Source of the DNA: a virus
Lineage: Duplodnaviria > Caudoviricetes
Strand: one strand, 5' to 3'
Length of the DNA stretch: 64,000 nt
IMG/VR virus record: IMGVR_UViG_3300009431_000002
Coordinates: 64,001-128,000 of that record
Shown in pieces: positions 1-8,873 of the stretch. The translations under genes were made by a program, and so were the position numbers. The notes under the pieces were generated by a model. That model did no database searches. It was given only the letters and a program-made list of their open reading frames with translations, and was not told the DNA's origin. Every line of letters starts with the position of its first letter. Positions within the stretch are counted from its first letter, which is position 1.

Positions 1-5
1 GTGCG

Positions 6-893
6 GTGGGGTTTATGAACAGGGTGATGTCCATCCCCGCCGCGGCCGCCATGTTCCTCGCGTTCAAGCACTGGGACGTCGGTTCGCCGGTCTACGTCGT
101 CGGGCCGCGGCTCCAGTCGATGTTCACGCGGACGAAGCTCGACAGTGCCCGACAGGAGGACTTCCGCCTGCCGTACAGCACCGTCTACCTGGCGCTCCCG
201 GAGTGCGAGCTCACCGTCTGGGGCGGCTCGGCACGCCACCGGCTCATCGGAGCCTTCGTCCACCGATCCAGCTTCCAGGTCCTCGCCGACGACGGCTCCT
301 CATCCGAGGGGCTCTACATCATCCTCGCCGGCGAGGACCACAGCCCGCCAGGTGAGTTCGGCGACGACGCCCTGCGCACCATGCCCATCCGGCTCGACCT
401 GCCCATCGAAGGGCAGATCGGCCGCAAGTCGTTCTACGACGCCTCCCACCCGGACGACGACGACCGGCAGCTGGACCGGGAGGCCATGAGCCTCGCTGTC
501 CGCATCATCATCAACGCCCTGCTCTACATCACCACCGGACTACCGTCCGAGGAGACCGCGGAGAGCAAGAAGCGGCTGGCGAAGCGGCAGAAGCTGCTGC
601 GGAGGACCGGGAAGAAGGCCAAGAAGGCCCACAGCATCGCGGGCAAGCTGAGCCCCGTGTCCGTGGTCTGGCTCGGCCGCTCTGTCGAGCAGACCGCGCA
701 CCAAGGCGGCACCCACGAGTCGCCGCGCCAGCACTGGGTCACCGGCCACTGGCACACCTACCTGTACGGCCCCGGCCGCACGGAGCGCCGGCTCAAGTGG
801 GTCCAGCCGTTCTTGCGCGGCGACCCGCAACGTGGTGAGGTCCAGACCCGGGTCCACCACATGGAGGAGACCGATGCCTCAGATGACTCGTGA
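6..893 (+). CDS. phage hypothetical protein, possibly 5'-truncated by the window edge
   Basis: Frame is open to the window edge with GC3-rich codons; C-terminal RQHWVTGHWHTY...RRLKWVQPFLRG resembles a motif common in phage ORFans. Confidence 0.75.
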   Translation: MGFMNRVMSIPAAAAMFLAFKHWDVGSPVYVVGPRLQSMFTRTKLDSARQEDFRLPYSTVYLALPECELTVWGGSARHRLIGAFVHRSSFQVLADDGSSSEGLYIILAGEDHSPPGEFGDDALRTMPIRLDLPIEGQIGRKSFYDASHPDDDDRQLDREAMSLAVRIIINALLYITTGLPSEETAESKKRLAKRQKLLRRTGKKAKKAHSIAGKLSPVSVVWLGRSVEQTAHQGGTHESPRQHWVTGHWHTYLYGPGRTERRLKWVQPFLRGDPQRGEVQTRVHHMEETDASDDS

Positions 894-1158
894 GCAACTG
901 ATCCGCCACGCCATGAAGCCGTGGAAGCGACTGGCCCTGCTCCTGGGGATCCCCGTCATGGCCGCCAGCTTCACCTTCGCCGTCGCCCTCTGCCCGGACT
1001 TCGCCGCCTGGCAGTTCTGGGCGGCGCTCGCCTTCATTCCAACCCTGTACACCATTCTGCAACTGACATTCGGGCGCATGGACGCCCGCGCGCGAGCCGA
1101 GATCAAGGCTGACGCGCTGATCCAGAGGATCGAGAGGAGAGAACAAGCTGATGGATGA
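874..1158 (+). CDS. small two-TM membrane protein
   Basis: GGAGGA RBS then ATG 874; two hydrophobic segments. Confidence 0.75.
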   Translation: MPQMTREQLIRHAMKPWKRLALLLGIPVMAASFTFAVALCPDFAAWQFWAALAFIPTLYTILQLTFGRMDARARAEIKADALIQRIERREQADG

Positions 1159-1780
1159 CGTTCTGCCGCCCTGCTGCTTCGCCACCGACGGCGACCCGCC
1201 GGGCAAGAAGTGCTACGCCGCCTACAACTACGCCGGAGAGCACCGCGGCCTCAACTACCGCGGCGAGCCCTGCCCCGAGTGGGACGACCTGACCCAGGAC
1301 ATCCGTGACAAGTGGGACGCTGTGGCCGCGGCCAAGGAGTCCCCGCAGGTCATGGACCTGACGGCCAAGGACCTCGACCCCGACCTGATGGAGCGCCTGC
1401 ACGAGGAGATCTCGCGCTGGAAGGCGGACGGGACGTACATCCCCGTGCTGCCCGACCAGCCGCTCATCGCCACCCAGGGCCACCTCTTCGACGCCGAGGT
1501 CCTCAAGATGCCGCGGGCGGTCACCGACGACCCCCACTTCCTCCTGGGGATGCTGCGGGTCAACGCGCAGTGCTTCTACATGGAGTGCTTCCGCATCGCC
1601 GACGAGGACGACGGCCCGACCACCAAGGAGCGCCGCGCCCACCCCGACATGGATCCCGAGCACGTCGAGCAGCTCAACGAGCTCTGGCACGCCGCCGAGC
1701 CCGATGCCTGCTTCGAGGTGATGGAGATCCCGGCCCAGCCCGGCCAGTGGATCGTCATCATGTGGCCGCACTGCGAATGA
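1151..1780 (+). CDS. hypothetical protein
   Basis: GC3-rich, coupled to neighbours; contains CYAAYNYAG...PCPEWDDL...RDKW. Confidence 0.8.
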   Translation: MDDVLPPCCFATDGDPPGKKCYAAYNYAGEHRGLNYRGEPCPEWDDLTQDIRDKWDAVAAAKESPQVMDLTAKDLDPDLMERLHEEISRWKADGTYIPVLPDQPLIATQGHLFDAEVLKMPRAVTDDPHFLLGMLRVNAQCFYMECFRIADEDDGPTTKERRAHPDMDPEHVEQLNELWHAAEPDACFEVMEIPAQPGQWIVIMWPHCE

Positions 1781-2256
1781 CTGGCATCCGACGCATCCAC
1801 AGCCGCAGCGGGTTGGTCCGCGACATCCTCACCCTCGCCGAGCACCTCAAGGTCACGGTCGACGAGCCGGACCGGGTCATGGAGGCCCTGCACCGCGAGA
1901 ATCCCAACACCTGGGGCTGCTCCAAGTGCGGCCGCTGCTGCCGTCGCTGGACCGCTCCAGCGCCCCGTGCCGCGGCGCCACTACAAGGGGTCGTCGTGCA
2001 TCCCCTGACCACGGCCAATGTGGCCCTCCACAACATGGAGCAGCGGCACCGCGCCGAGAAGGACGCGCTGCTGCTGGGCCGGGGCTACCTCGCTGACGTC
2101 AGCGAGAGCATGGTCGTGGCCATCGACCCCGCTCTGATCCGCGTCACGGACCTGGGCACGCCCATGCTCATCGAAGACCTGGGGGACAAGCTGGAGGCGC
2201 GGAACATCCGCGCCGTCCCCCCACCGCCCGAGCTCAAGCTGCTGGAGGGATCATGA
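1777..2256 (+). CDS. hypothetical protein with CxxCxxCC cluster
   Basis: ATGA overlap at 1777; GCSKCGRCC. Confidence 0.7.
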   Translation: MTGIRRIHSRSGLVRDILTLAEHLKVTVDEPDRVMEALHRENPNTWGCSKCGRCCRRWTAPAPRAAAPLQGVVVHPLTTANVALHNMEQRHRAEKDALLLGRGYLADVSESMVVAIDPALIRVTDLGTPMLIEDLGDKLEARNIRAVPPPPELKLLEGS

Positions 2257-2765
2257 AATCGCCACTACTCGCTGCGTTCCAAATGCTGGTCTGGGTTGGG
2301 CTGGTGGTCGGGGGCATCGAGCTCCTGAACACCAACCACTCCTGGCTTGGAATCGTCCTGTGCCTGCTGTCGCTCCTGGCCGGCCGGCAGGGCATCACGT
2401 ACCTGCAGGGCCTGCTGCAAGAGGCGCAGGTCCGCGGCGCTGAAGAGTACCGCCGCAAGGTCTTCGCCATCCGCCGCGCGCAGGTCACGGACCACACTGG
2501 CGCAGTCCGCTGGTACCGCGAGTCCCCTGGCGCCGACTTCGGCGTCCTGTACGCTGTGACAGCCCGGGGCTACCGAATCTCCGAGGTCTGCTGCGACACC
2601 GAGCACCCCCTGGGGTTCGCTCGGCACGTGCCGGACGCTGCTGCCCAGGTCCGCGATCTCGGCCACGAGTTCGAGGTCCGCCCAGTACTGGTCGTCGACG
2701 CCTTCGAGACCGACCCGCCAGCCGGCAACAACCCACGAGTCACTGGAAGGGCGGCCGCACCATGA
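2253..2765 (+). CDS. membrane protein (two N-terminal TM segments)
   Basis: ATGA overlaps at both ends; hydrophobic N-terminus. Confidence 0.75.
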   Translation: MKSPLLAAFQMLVWVGLVVGGIELLNTNHSWLGIVLCLLSLLAGRQGITYLQGLLQEAQVRGAEEYRRKVFAIRRAQVTDHTGAVRWYRESPGADFGVLYAVTARGYRISEVCCDTEHPLGFARHVPDAAAQVRDLGHEFEVRPVLVVDAFETDPPAGNNPRVTGRAAAP

Positions 2766-2974
2766 TCCCGAAACTCGGTGCCATCCTCGCCAGCGTCCTG
2801 CGCCTCTGCATCACCTGCTTCTTCCGTGATCTCCGCTCCGCCGATGGCGCCATCCTGTGCTCGCGTGACGGCGGCCCCACATCCGACTGCAACGAGTGCC
2901 CGCTCTGGACCCAGGCCCGCGTGCCCGAGTTCGAGCTGCTGCATCGACAAGAGAGGGCGCTGCGATGGCGGTGA
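2762..2974 (+). CDS. small Cys-rich hypothetical protein
   Basis: ATGA overlap; CITC...C...CNECPLW. Confidence 0.6.
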   Translation: MIPKLGAILASVLRLCITCFFRDLRSADGAILCSRDGGPTSDCNECPLWTQARVPEFELLHRQERALRWR

Positions 2975-3234
2975 GACTCAGCGAGAACATGCGGGGCCTG
3001 TTGGCCCACATCCGCGAGCACGCCACCGCTGCCCGCCCGTGGGTCAAGATCGGGTGGGGCTCCCACTGGGACGGCCGGACCATCGGCGCCCTGGACCGCC
3101 GTGGCCTCGTGGACGTGCGCTACCGCACCGAGGCCCTGAACCCCAACGACGTGCCCAAGCTGACTACGCGCCAGTTCATGCACGAGAACCTCGTCACCGA
3201 GCCCTGGTGCCGGCTGACTGAGGAGGACGCGTGA
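2965..3234 (+). CDS. hypothetical protein, possible winged-helix
   Basis: RBS-like GAGAGG then ATG 2965; RTIGALDRRGLVD pattern. Confidence 0.65.
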   Translation: MAVRLSENMRGLLAHIREHATAARPWVKIGWGSHWDGRTIGALDRRGLVDVRYRTEALNPNDVPKLTTRQFMHENLVTEPWCRLTEEDA

Positions 3235-3533
3235 GCACGCCTGAAGTCCGCGTCTTCTGCGCTGTGTGCGGCGACGAGCTGTACGACCCCTATGTCGAGG
3301 TCGAGGACGGGACGATCATCGTCACCGTCTCCGGCGTCTGCGAGCGCGAACACCGCCAAGCCCTGGAGCAGGCCGGCTGGGAGCACCGGCAGGCCCTCCA
3401 GCGGCAGCAGGAGCAGGCAGACCGCCGGCTCCGAGACCAACGACAGCACCACGAAACCCAGACGTTCCTGCGCGACGAGCAGGACCGCAAGGAGAAGGAG
3501 CGGCGGGGCTTCCGCCGGCTCCTCGGGAGGTAG
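3231..3533 (+). CDS. Zn-ribbon plus coiled-coil hypothetical protein
   Basis: GTGA overlap; CAVCG...C; Q/R/E-rich C-terminus. Confidence 0.7.
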   Translation: MSTPEVRVFCAVCGDELYDPYVEVEDGTIIVTVSGVCEREHRQALEQAGWEHRQALQRQQEQADRRLRDQRQHHETQTFLRDEQDRKEKERRGFRRLLGR

Positions 3534-3535
3534 AG

Positions 3536-3835
3536 TTGATCCACAACCTGCGTGACCCGAACAACAACACGGTCGTCGACGTCGAGACCACGGATGATGA
3601 CCTGCTCCACGCCACTGTCGTCGTCGAGCCCTTCGCCCGCATGCTGCTGGCCCGCGTCAGCGGTGGCCTGACTCTCGACGACTTCATCGCTGACATGGCT
3701 GCCCTGCAGGACCTGAAGGGCGAGTGGTTCCTGTGCGTCGAGCACCGGAAGCCGGACTCGCCGCGGTCCCTCGCCACGCGTCGGCTGCGCGAGGTCGCTG
3801 CCCGCTACGGCGGCCTGGACTACGTGGAGGACTGA
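3536..3835 (+). CDS. hypothetical protein
   Basis: GGAGG RBS then TTG 3536; GC3-rich codons. Confidence 0.65.
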   Translation: MIHNLRDPNNNTVVDVETTDDDLLHATVVVEPFARMLLARVSGGLTLDDFIADMAALQDLKGEWFLCVEHRKPDSPRSLATRRLREVAARYGGLDYVED

Positions 3836-4047
3836 TGGGAGTCAAGACCCAGCGAGTCGTCAGCACCTGCACCCCCGATGGCCAGCCCGCGCTCGACGAG
3901 GTCAGGTTCGAGTCCGTGAACGCGGGCATCCGCGGCCTCGTCTGCATCCAACTGCCTGGCGGAGAGCCTGGGCAGCCGATACCTGTCGCCTTCGTCCGGC
4001 TGTCCGACTTCCTCAAGGTCGCGTCCATTCTGCGGGAGGAGAAGTGA
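3835..4047 (+). CDS. hypothetical protein
   Basis: TGATG coupling. Confidence 0.65.
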   Translation: MGVKTQRVVSTCTPDGQPALDEVRFESVNAGIRGLVCIQLPGGEPGQPIPVAFVRLSDFLKVASILREEK

Positions 4048-4691
4048 TTCCCGTCGACCAGACTGTGTTCGGCGCGCCGGACGGCAACTGCTACTCCGCC
4101 GCGCTCGCCTCCATCCTGGAGATCCCGCTGGAAGACGTGCCGCACTTCACCAAGTTGGTGCCCTATGAGACCACGGGCCCGGAGTGGCACCGCGTCACCA
4201 ATGAGTGGGCGCTGACGCAGGGCTTCTTCCTGCTCGCCCTCGACGCCGAGGCCAACATCGCCGTGTACCAGGAGGCTGACCTGCCCATGCCCTGGGCTGA
4301 CGCCTACCACCTGATCTGCGGCGAAGCACGCCGCGGGGACGACCTCATCCGGCACGTCGTGGTCGGCAAGGGCGGAGAGATGGTCCACGACCCCAACTCC
4401 GAACACCGCAATGGGTTGGAGACCGTCGACCTCTTCGAGTTCCTGGTCCCCCTGGACCCGGCTCGTCGGGAGGTCAGTGCACTACGGCGGCTCGTGGCCA
4501 TGCGCCTGCTGGACTTCAACCGACCGACGGTCGAGAACATCGCGGCCGAGATGGGCTACGACGCCCCGGACGGCGTGGCTGTCGCCACACTCGTCCGATG
4601 GATGGTCGACCGCCCCGTCGAGATGCTGAAGGCCCGACTCCTGCCTGGGTGGGAGAAGACGCTCGGCGACATCTTCGGAGGCAGGCCATGA
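4044..4691 (+). CDS. papain/C39-like Cys peptidase-fold protein (putative)
   Basis: GNCYSAALASILE...RHVVVGKGGEMVHDPN gives a Cys/His/Asp order typical of C39-like domains. Confidence 0.5.
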   Translation: MIPVDQTVFGAPDGNCYSAALASILEIPLEDVPHFTKLVPYETTGPEWHRVTNEWALTQGFFLLALDAEANIAVYQEADLPMPWADAYHLICGEARRGDDLIRHVVVGKGGEMVHDPNSEHRNGLETVDLFEFLVPLDPARREVSALRRLVAMRLLDFNRPTVENIAAEMGYDAPDGVAVATLVRWMVDRPVEMLKARLLPGWEKTLGDIFGGRP

Positions 4692-5062
4692 GCCGCCCCT
4701 ACTGGTGGGTCGTCACGATCCCCAAGACCACGCCTTGGGACGAGTATCGCCGCGAGCTTGCTGCGGTCGAGGCCGACCCCCACATGACCCTGAACTTCCG
4801 CGTCCCGCACTTCCCCCGCGAGATGAAGGTCGGCGACCGCTGCTACGTCGTGTGGAATGGCCGCATCCGCGGATGGATGGAGATCGTCGGCCTCGACGAG
4901 TTCGACCGCGGTTGGACCTGCGAGGTCACCGGCCGCGAGTGGCCGCCGGGCAAGTACATCCAGCGCAAGGGCAAGTTCCACCACCTCAACCACCAGCCCG
5001 AAATGACCGGCTTCCGAGGCGTGCAGCAGCTCGTCAAGTGGCCGGACGAGGAGGCGACGTGA
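4688..5062 (+). CDS. ASCH/EVE (PUA-like) domain protein (putative)
   Basis: MKVGDRCYVVWNGRIRGWMEIVG ... MTGFRG pattern. Confidence 0.45.
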   Translation: MSRPYWWVVTIPKTTPWDEYRRELAAVEADPHMTLNFRVPHFPREMKVGDRCYVVWNGRIRGWMEIVGLDEFDRGWTCEVTGREWPPGKYIQRKGKFHHLNHQPEMTGFRGVQQLVKWPDEEAT

Positions 5063-5298
5063 TCAAGATCAACTTCCACATCAGCATCGAGACCGACAAC
5101 GTCAGCGGCATCCGGCACGCCACCGAGGTCCAGCTCCCCAGCGGGAAGATGGATCTGGAAGAGGCGCAGCGACTGGTCGACAAGTACGCCAAACTCATCT
5201 CGACGGACATCTCCGAGATCGGGGAGGCGGGGCACGAGGCGCTGACCACCACTGAGGACGCGGTGACCTACGTCGAGAAGTTCGAGGAGGGGACATGA
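5059..5298 (+). CDS. hypothetical protein
   Basis: GGAGG RBS and GTGA overlap. Confidence 0.7.
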   Translation: MIKINFHISIETDNVSGIRHATEVQLPSGKMDLEEAQRLVDKYAKLISTDISEIGEAGHEALTTTEDAVTYVEKFEEGT

Positions 5299-5549
5299 GC
5301 CAGGGGTGGATGGGCTCCCAGCAGGAGCTGCTTGACGCACTGGCTGCCGTCGGCGCAGACCGCGACGGCAACGGCAACTTCCTCATCCACTACGGCGGCG
5401 TGACGTCCTTCATGGGCGTCGATGACCCGAACAACGACGTGGTCGTTGATGACATCGCCTGCTACTCAGTTGGCGGGCAGATGCGCAACCTCTCCGAGAT
5501 GATGAACGGCCGCGGCGTCGGCCTGTGCAACGTGGTGGTGATCTCGTGA
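5295..5549 (+). CDS. hypothetical protein
   Basis: ATGA overlap and RBS. Confidence 0.7.
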   Translation: MSQGWMGSQQELLDALAAVGADRDGNGNFLIHYGGVTSFMGVDDPNNDVVVDDIACYSVGGQMRNLSEMMNGRGVGLCNVVVIS

Positions 5550-5788
5550 CCCGCATGGCCACCATCACCGTGCAGTGCGGCAGCGGGCAACGACAGCTCA
5601 AGGTGCCGCAGGACATCCGAGACGCCTTGGACGACCTCGCCAAGACCCAGATGGCTGTGGTCGACCTCCGACGCCGCGACGACGGTCGGTGGGAGATGGT
5701 GGTCGGCGACGAAGTCCGAGTCCTGGAGACGGAGGTGCCGGACGACATGGAGGAGGGGTTTGTCTTTCCGAAGGTCGTGGTCTTCTAG
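5546..5788 (+). CDS. hypothetical protein
   Basis: GTGA overlap; GC3-rich codons. Confidence 0.65.
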   Translation: MTRMATITVQCGSGQRQLKVPQDIRDALDDLAKTQMAVVDLRRRDDGRWEMVVGDEVRVLETEVPDDMEEGFVFPKVVVF

Positions 5789-6021
5789 TGCGCTTCGACG
5801 AGCGTGACCTCCGGCGCCGCGGCCACAGGTTCCGGGTCGCCAACGGTACAGGCTACGTCACCGACACTCCGCATTTGGATCGAGCGTTGCGCGTGGGTGG
5901 GCGGTCAGCCCTGAACTTCGTGCTGTGGCTCGAGCCCGAGACGCGAGACTGGGTCCAGGTCAGTGCAGCTGGGAGCGACGAACTCCTACCGCGCGGGCAA
6001 TGGCACGTCTCGCTGTACTGA
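5788..6021 (+). CDS. hypothetical protein
   Basis: TAGTG coupling. Confidence 0.55.
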   Translation: MRFDERDLRRRGHRFRVANGTGYVTDTPHLDRALRVGGRSALNFVLWLEPETRDWVQVSAAGSDELLPRGQWHVSLY

Positions 6022-6112
6022 CCACGGGGAGGCCTGCCAGCCTCTCCATTAGCCTGCAATTACGGGGGGTTGTCGGCATAAGGGGTCCAACAACCCGAAG
6101 AGGAGGTATCGT
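6022..6112 (+). promoter_or_regulatory. stem-loop + ATAAGG promoter + RBS cassette, copy 1
   Basis: GGGGAGG...CCTCTCC hairpin, CTCTCCATTAGC 6042-6053, ATAAGG 6078-6083, GAGGAGG RBS; similar to 8177-8268. Confidence 0.65.
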
Positions 6113-7330
6113 ATGCCAGACAGGTTCAGACTCGAAGACCATTGCCAGCTGGTGCGCATCAGCGACGAGTGGTGGGCTGCGGACATCGTGCTCACAGAGT
6201 CGCTGGCCAAGCTGTTCATCCGCACCATGCTCCCCAACCGCCGGATCACGTGGCGCCACGTCCACCGCATGGCCATCGACATCCTCGAGGGGAACTACCC
6301 GTTCAACCCCTTCGAGCCGATGGAGTTCGATGTCGACACGGGCCGGATGCGGGGCGGCCAGCAGCGCTGCCACGCCCTCCTGCTGGCGTGCAAACGCCGT
6401 CCTGGGACCACCGTGAGGGTGGCCATCGTCAAGTGCCCCAAGACCGCGATGTACGGACAGGGACTGCCGCAGAAGCCCAAGGACTTTCTGGATACGCCGA
6501 GGGCCGCGCTGAAGACGAAGGTGGCGGCGTTCCTGTGGCTGCTCGAGCGCGGGCCGCGGGCTGTCACTGGATCCTGGCGACCGACTACCGCGCAGATCCT
6601 GGAGACTTACATGGCGTGGCAGGACCTGGTGGATGTCTCGGCCGAGGAGATCCCGACGATGGGCGGGGTGGATTTCCGGCACCACTGCTGCGGCAACTAC
6701 GCGTGGTTCATCGCCCTGGACTGCATCTTCCGGAAGATCGACGACACCAACGCCCGGATCTTCAGGCGACAGGTCGTGGTGGGCGAGGGCCTGGAGGAGG
6801 GCGATCCGGCGCGGACGCTGCGCATCCGCCTCAACGGCCTCGCCACCGACCTGAAGTCCGGTGCCAAGATGAAGTACCACCACAAGCAGCCGTGGTACCG
6901 GATGGCCATGGCTATCCTGGCGTGGAACGCCTTCTCCCAGGACAACGCGCTCAAGCGCCTTACTCAGTCCGCCGACCCCGACACCTTCCCGGAGATCCGC
7001 GGCTGGCTGCGGTGGGTGAGCATCTCATGGCGCCCGCCCAAGACGCGGCCGACGGATCTGTACCTGGAGATGGAGGGCAAGCTCGAGCCCCAGGCCGGCC
7101 CCCCGCAGCCCCCCGAAGACGACATCAAGAAGGAGATGGCGCGACGCGTCGACGGCACCGGCAAGTACTGCTACGACATCTCGAGGTTGCGCCACGTCGC
7201 CGTTGTGACGGGGCTGATGACCGAGGTTGTGGCCGAGACCATGGTCCGCCAGCAGCTGGTGGACGCGATCAAGGCGTCGGGGCTGTCGGTGGAGGCGTTC
7301 CGGACCGAGGTGTGGGGTGACCACGCCTGA
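6113..7330 (+). CDS. ParB/Srx-like N-terminal domain protein (DGQHR-like)
   Basis: NRRITWRHVHRMAIDILEGNY...MEFDVDTGRMRGGQQRCHALL matches the phage ParB-like N..NR...DGQHRL.A pattern. Confidence 0.65.
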   Translation: MPDRFRLEDHCQLVRISDEWWAADIVLTESLAKLFIRTMLPNRRITWRHVHRMAIDILEGNYPFNPFEPMEFDVDTGRMRGGQQRCHALLLACKRRPGTTVRVAIVKCPKTAMYGQGLPQKPKDFLDTPRAALKTKVAAFLWLLERGPRAVTGSWRPTTAQILETYMAWQDLVDVSAEEIPTMGGVDFRHHCCGNYAWFIALDCIFRKIDDTNARIFRRQVVVGEGLEEGDPARTLRIRLNGLATDLKSGAKMKYHHKQPWYRMAMAILAWNAFSQDNALKRLTQSADPDTFPEIRGWLRWVSISWRPPKTRPTDLYLEMEGKLEPQAGPPQPPEDDIKKEMARRVDGTGKYCYDISRLRHVAVVTGLMTEVVAETMVRQQLVDAIKASGLSVEAFRTEVWGDHA

Positions 7331-8177
7331 TGGTGGCGCGGCGCTTGAGGCGCACCGGCTCATGCAAGAGGCGTTGGATCGTCTCGGCGCCGGGGATGTC
7401 GTCCGGGCGAAGCGCGCCGCGAAACGCGCGTTCTTGCTGCTGGGCGATGTGGTTGCTGCGTCGAAGCAGCCCGTTCCGCTGCTCCGCTCCGATGAGGTGG
7501 ACTGGTCCAGGTGGGACGGGCTGCTCGGTGTGATCGACGACGAGTCCCTCGCACCGCTGATCGGTTGCAGCGTCTGGGCCGTTGGCAGGCGGCGTTGCAA
7601 GCGCGGAATCCGCCACTCCAGGTGGGTCGAGTGGACCCCGAGTGCGCTGGCGCTTCTAGGCCGCGTGAGCGACACGGATGCTGCTGCTGTGCTCGGGTGC
7701 ACCCACTCTTCGGTTCGACAGAAGCGGCTGTCGTTGGGCATCCCCCTCTACCGTGCCGAGCCGCCGGAGTGGCGCGGCCTTGTGGGCAAGGTGCCCGATG
7801 CGGAACTGGCACGTGAGTATGGCGTATCTGTCCACACAGTGCGGGATCGTCGTCGAGCTGCCGGGAAGAAGCCCTGCCCAGGTACAGGCAGCGGCCTGGA
7901 GTGGATCGATGAGGACGATGCGATTCTGGGCACCATGCCTGATTCCCGTGTAGCCAAGCTCGTGGGTTGTTCGGCGTCGTCTGTCGGAAACCGCCGGCGT
8001 GAACTGGGGATCCCCGCGTTCTCAAAGTACGACTGGGCTCCGCATGAGCACCTGCTCGGCAAGATCTCGGATGAGGAGATGGCGCGTCTCGTTGGCTGCA
8101 CTGTGCGCGGCGCAGAGAATCGGCGGCGGAAGCGGGCGCGGGGTATTCCCATGCCGGGACGTTGGCCGAAGTCGTGA
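7317..8177 (+). CDS. tandem HTH-repeat protein (five ~40-aa repeats)
   Basis: Repeats of W...LLG.xxD..xA..xGxS...V..RR...GI; more A/T third positions than neighbours; start uncertain. Confidence 0.7.
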   Translation: MTTPDGGAALEAHRLMQEALDRLGAGDVVRAKRAAKRAFLLLGDVVAASKQPVPLLRSDEVDWSRWDGLLGVIDDESLAPLIGCSVWAVGRRRCKRGIRHSRWVEWTPSALALLGRVSDTDAAAVLGCTHSSVRQKRLSLGIPLYRAEPPEWRGLVGKVPDAELAREYGVSVHTVRDRRRAAGKKPCPGTGSGLEWIDEDDAILGTMPDSRVAKLVGCSASSVGNRRRELGIPAFSKYDWAPHEHLLGKISDEEMARLVGCTVRGAENRRRKRARGIPMPGRWPKS

Positions 8178-8268
8178 CGGGAGGTGGCCAGCCGGCCCCT
8201 CTCCATTAGCTCGCAAATGCAACTACGGCAGTTGGGATAAGGATCACAACACCCGAAAGGAGAGGATC
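8177..8268 (+). promoter_or_regulatory. stem-loop + ATAAGG promoter + RBS cassette, copy 2
   Basis: GGGAGG..GGCC/GGCC..CCTCTCC hairpin, CTCTCCATTAGC 8199-8210, ATAAGG 8237-8242, CAACACCCGAAAGGAGAGG. Confidence 0.65.
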
Positions 8269-8436
8269 ATGATCGATACGAAGACGATGGCTGACGCAGT
8301 TCGCAAGGCCATGAAGGAGAACGGAGTCGACGACGCCGTCATCACCATCACCCAAGGCGACACGGCCCGGGTCACGGGCTACGGCGTGCGCAAGGATGGC
8401 GCGAAGGTGTCGATGAAGCTCGAGGTGACGCCATGA
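8269..8436 (+). CDS. small hypothetical protein
   Basis: RBS then ATG 8269; ATGA overlap with next gene. Confidence 0.7.
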   Translation: MIDTKTMADAVRKAMKENGVDDAVITITQGDTARVTGYGVRKDGAKVSMKLEVTP

Positions 8437-8873
8437 CCTACGAGTTCCCGTGGGGCCGCGCCGCCAAGCCGCTGCAGGTCTGCGAGCGGACCTACCACGA
8501 CCACACTGTCAAGTTCATCCCAACAGAGCGGTTGGCCACGAAGGTCGAGTGCCTGACCTGCGCCGAAGTCCTGCATGAAGGCACGTTCGAGCCCAAGTCC
8601 TTCGCCGCCAAGCACTGGGACGCCGTCAAGAAGTGGGGGTTCGAGGAGCGCGAGCACCTCCGCCAGCACTACAAGCTGCCCTACGTCGAGGACGTGTCCC
8701 AGCTGTACCCGCAGCAGTCCATTGCTGGGCTACGTGGGATCATCGCTTCTCGACGCGACATGCAGCTGCGCAAGAAGCCGGAGCGACAGCTCATCCACTT
8801 GGCCCTGCGTACCGGGGACGTGCGGCGTGTCCTCGACGGCCTGGCACTGCTGGGGGCGCAGGAGCAGGAGTGA
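8433..8873 (+). CDS. hypothetical protein (Zn-ribbon)
   Basis: VECLTCAEVLH; GC3-rich codons. Confidence 0.75.
   Translation: MTYEFPWGRAAKPLQVCERTYHDHTVKFIPTERLATKVECLTCAEVLHEGTFEPKSFAAKHWDAVKKWGFEEREHLRQHYKLPYVEDVSQLYPQQSIAGLRGIIASRRDMQLRKKPERQLIHLALRTGDVRRVLDGLALLGAQEQE

Noticed and set aside
7317-8177. Homing endonuclease call for the HTH-repeat gene
   Set aside because: No HNH, GIY-YIG or LAGLIDADG motif is visible.
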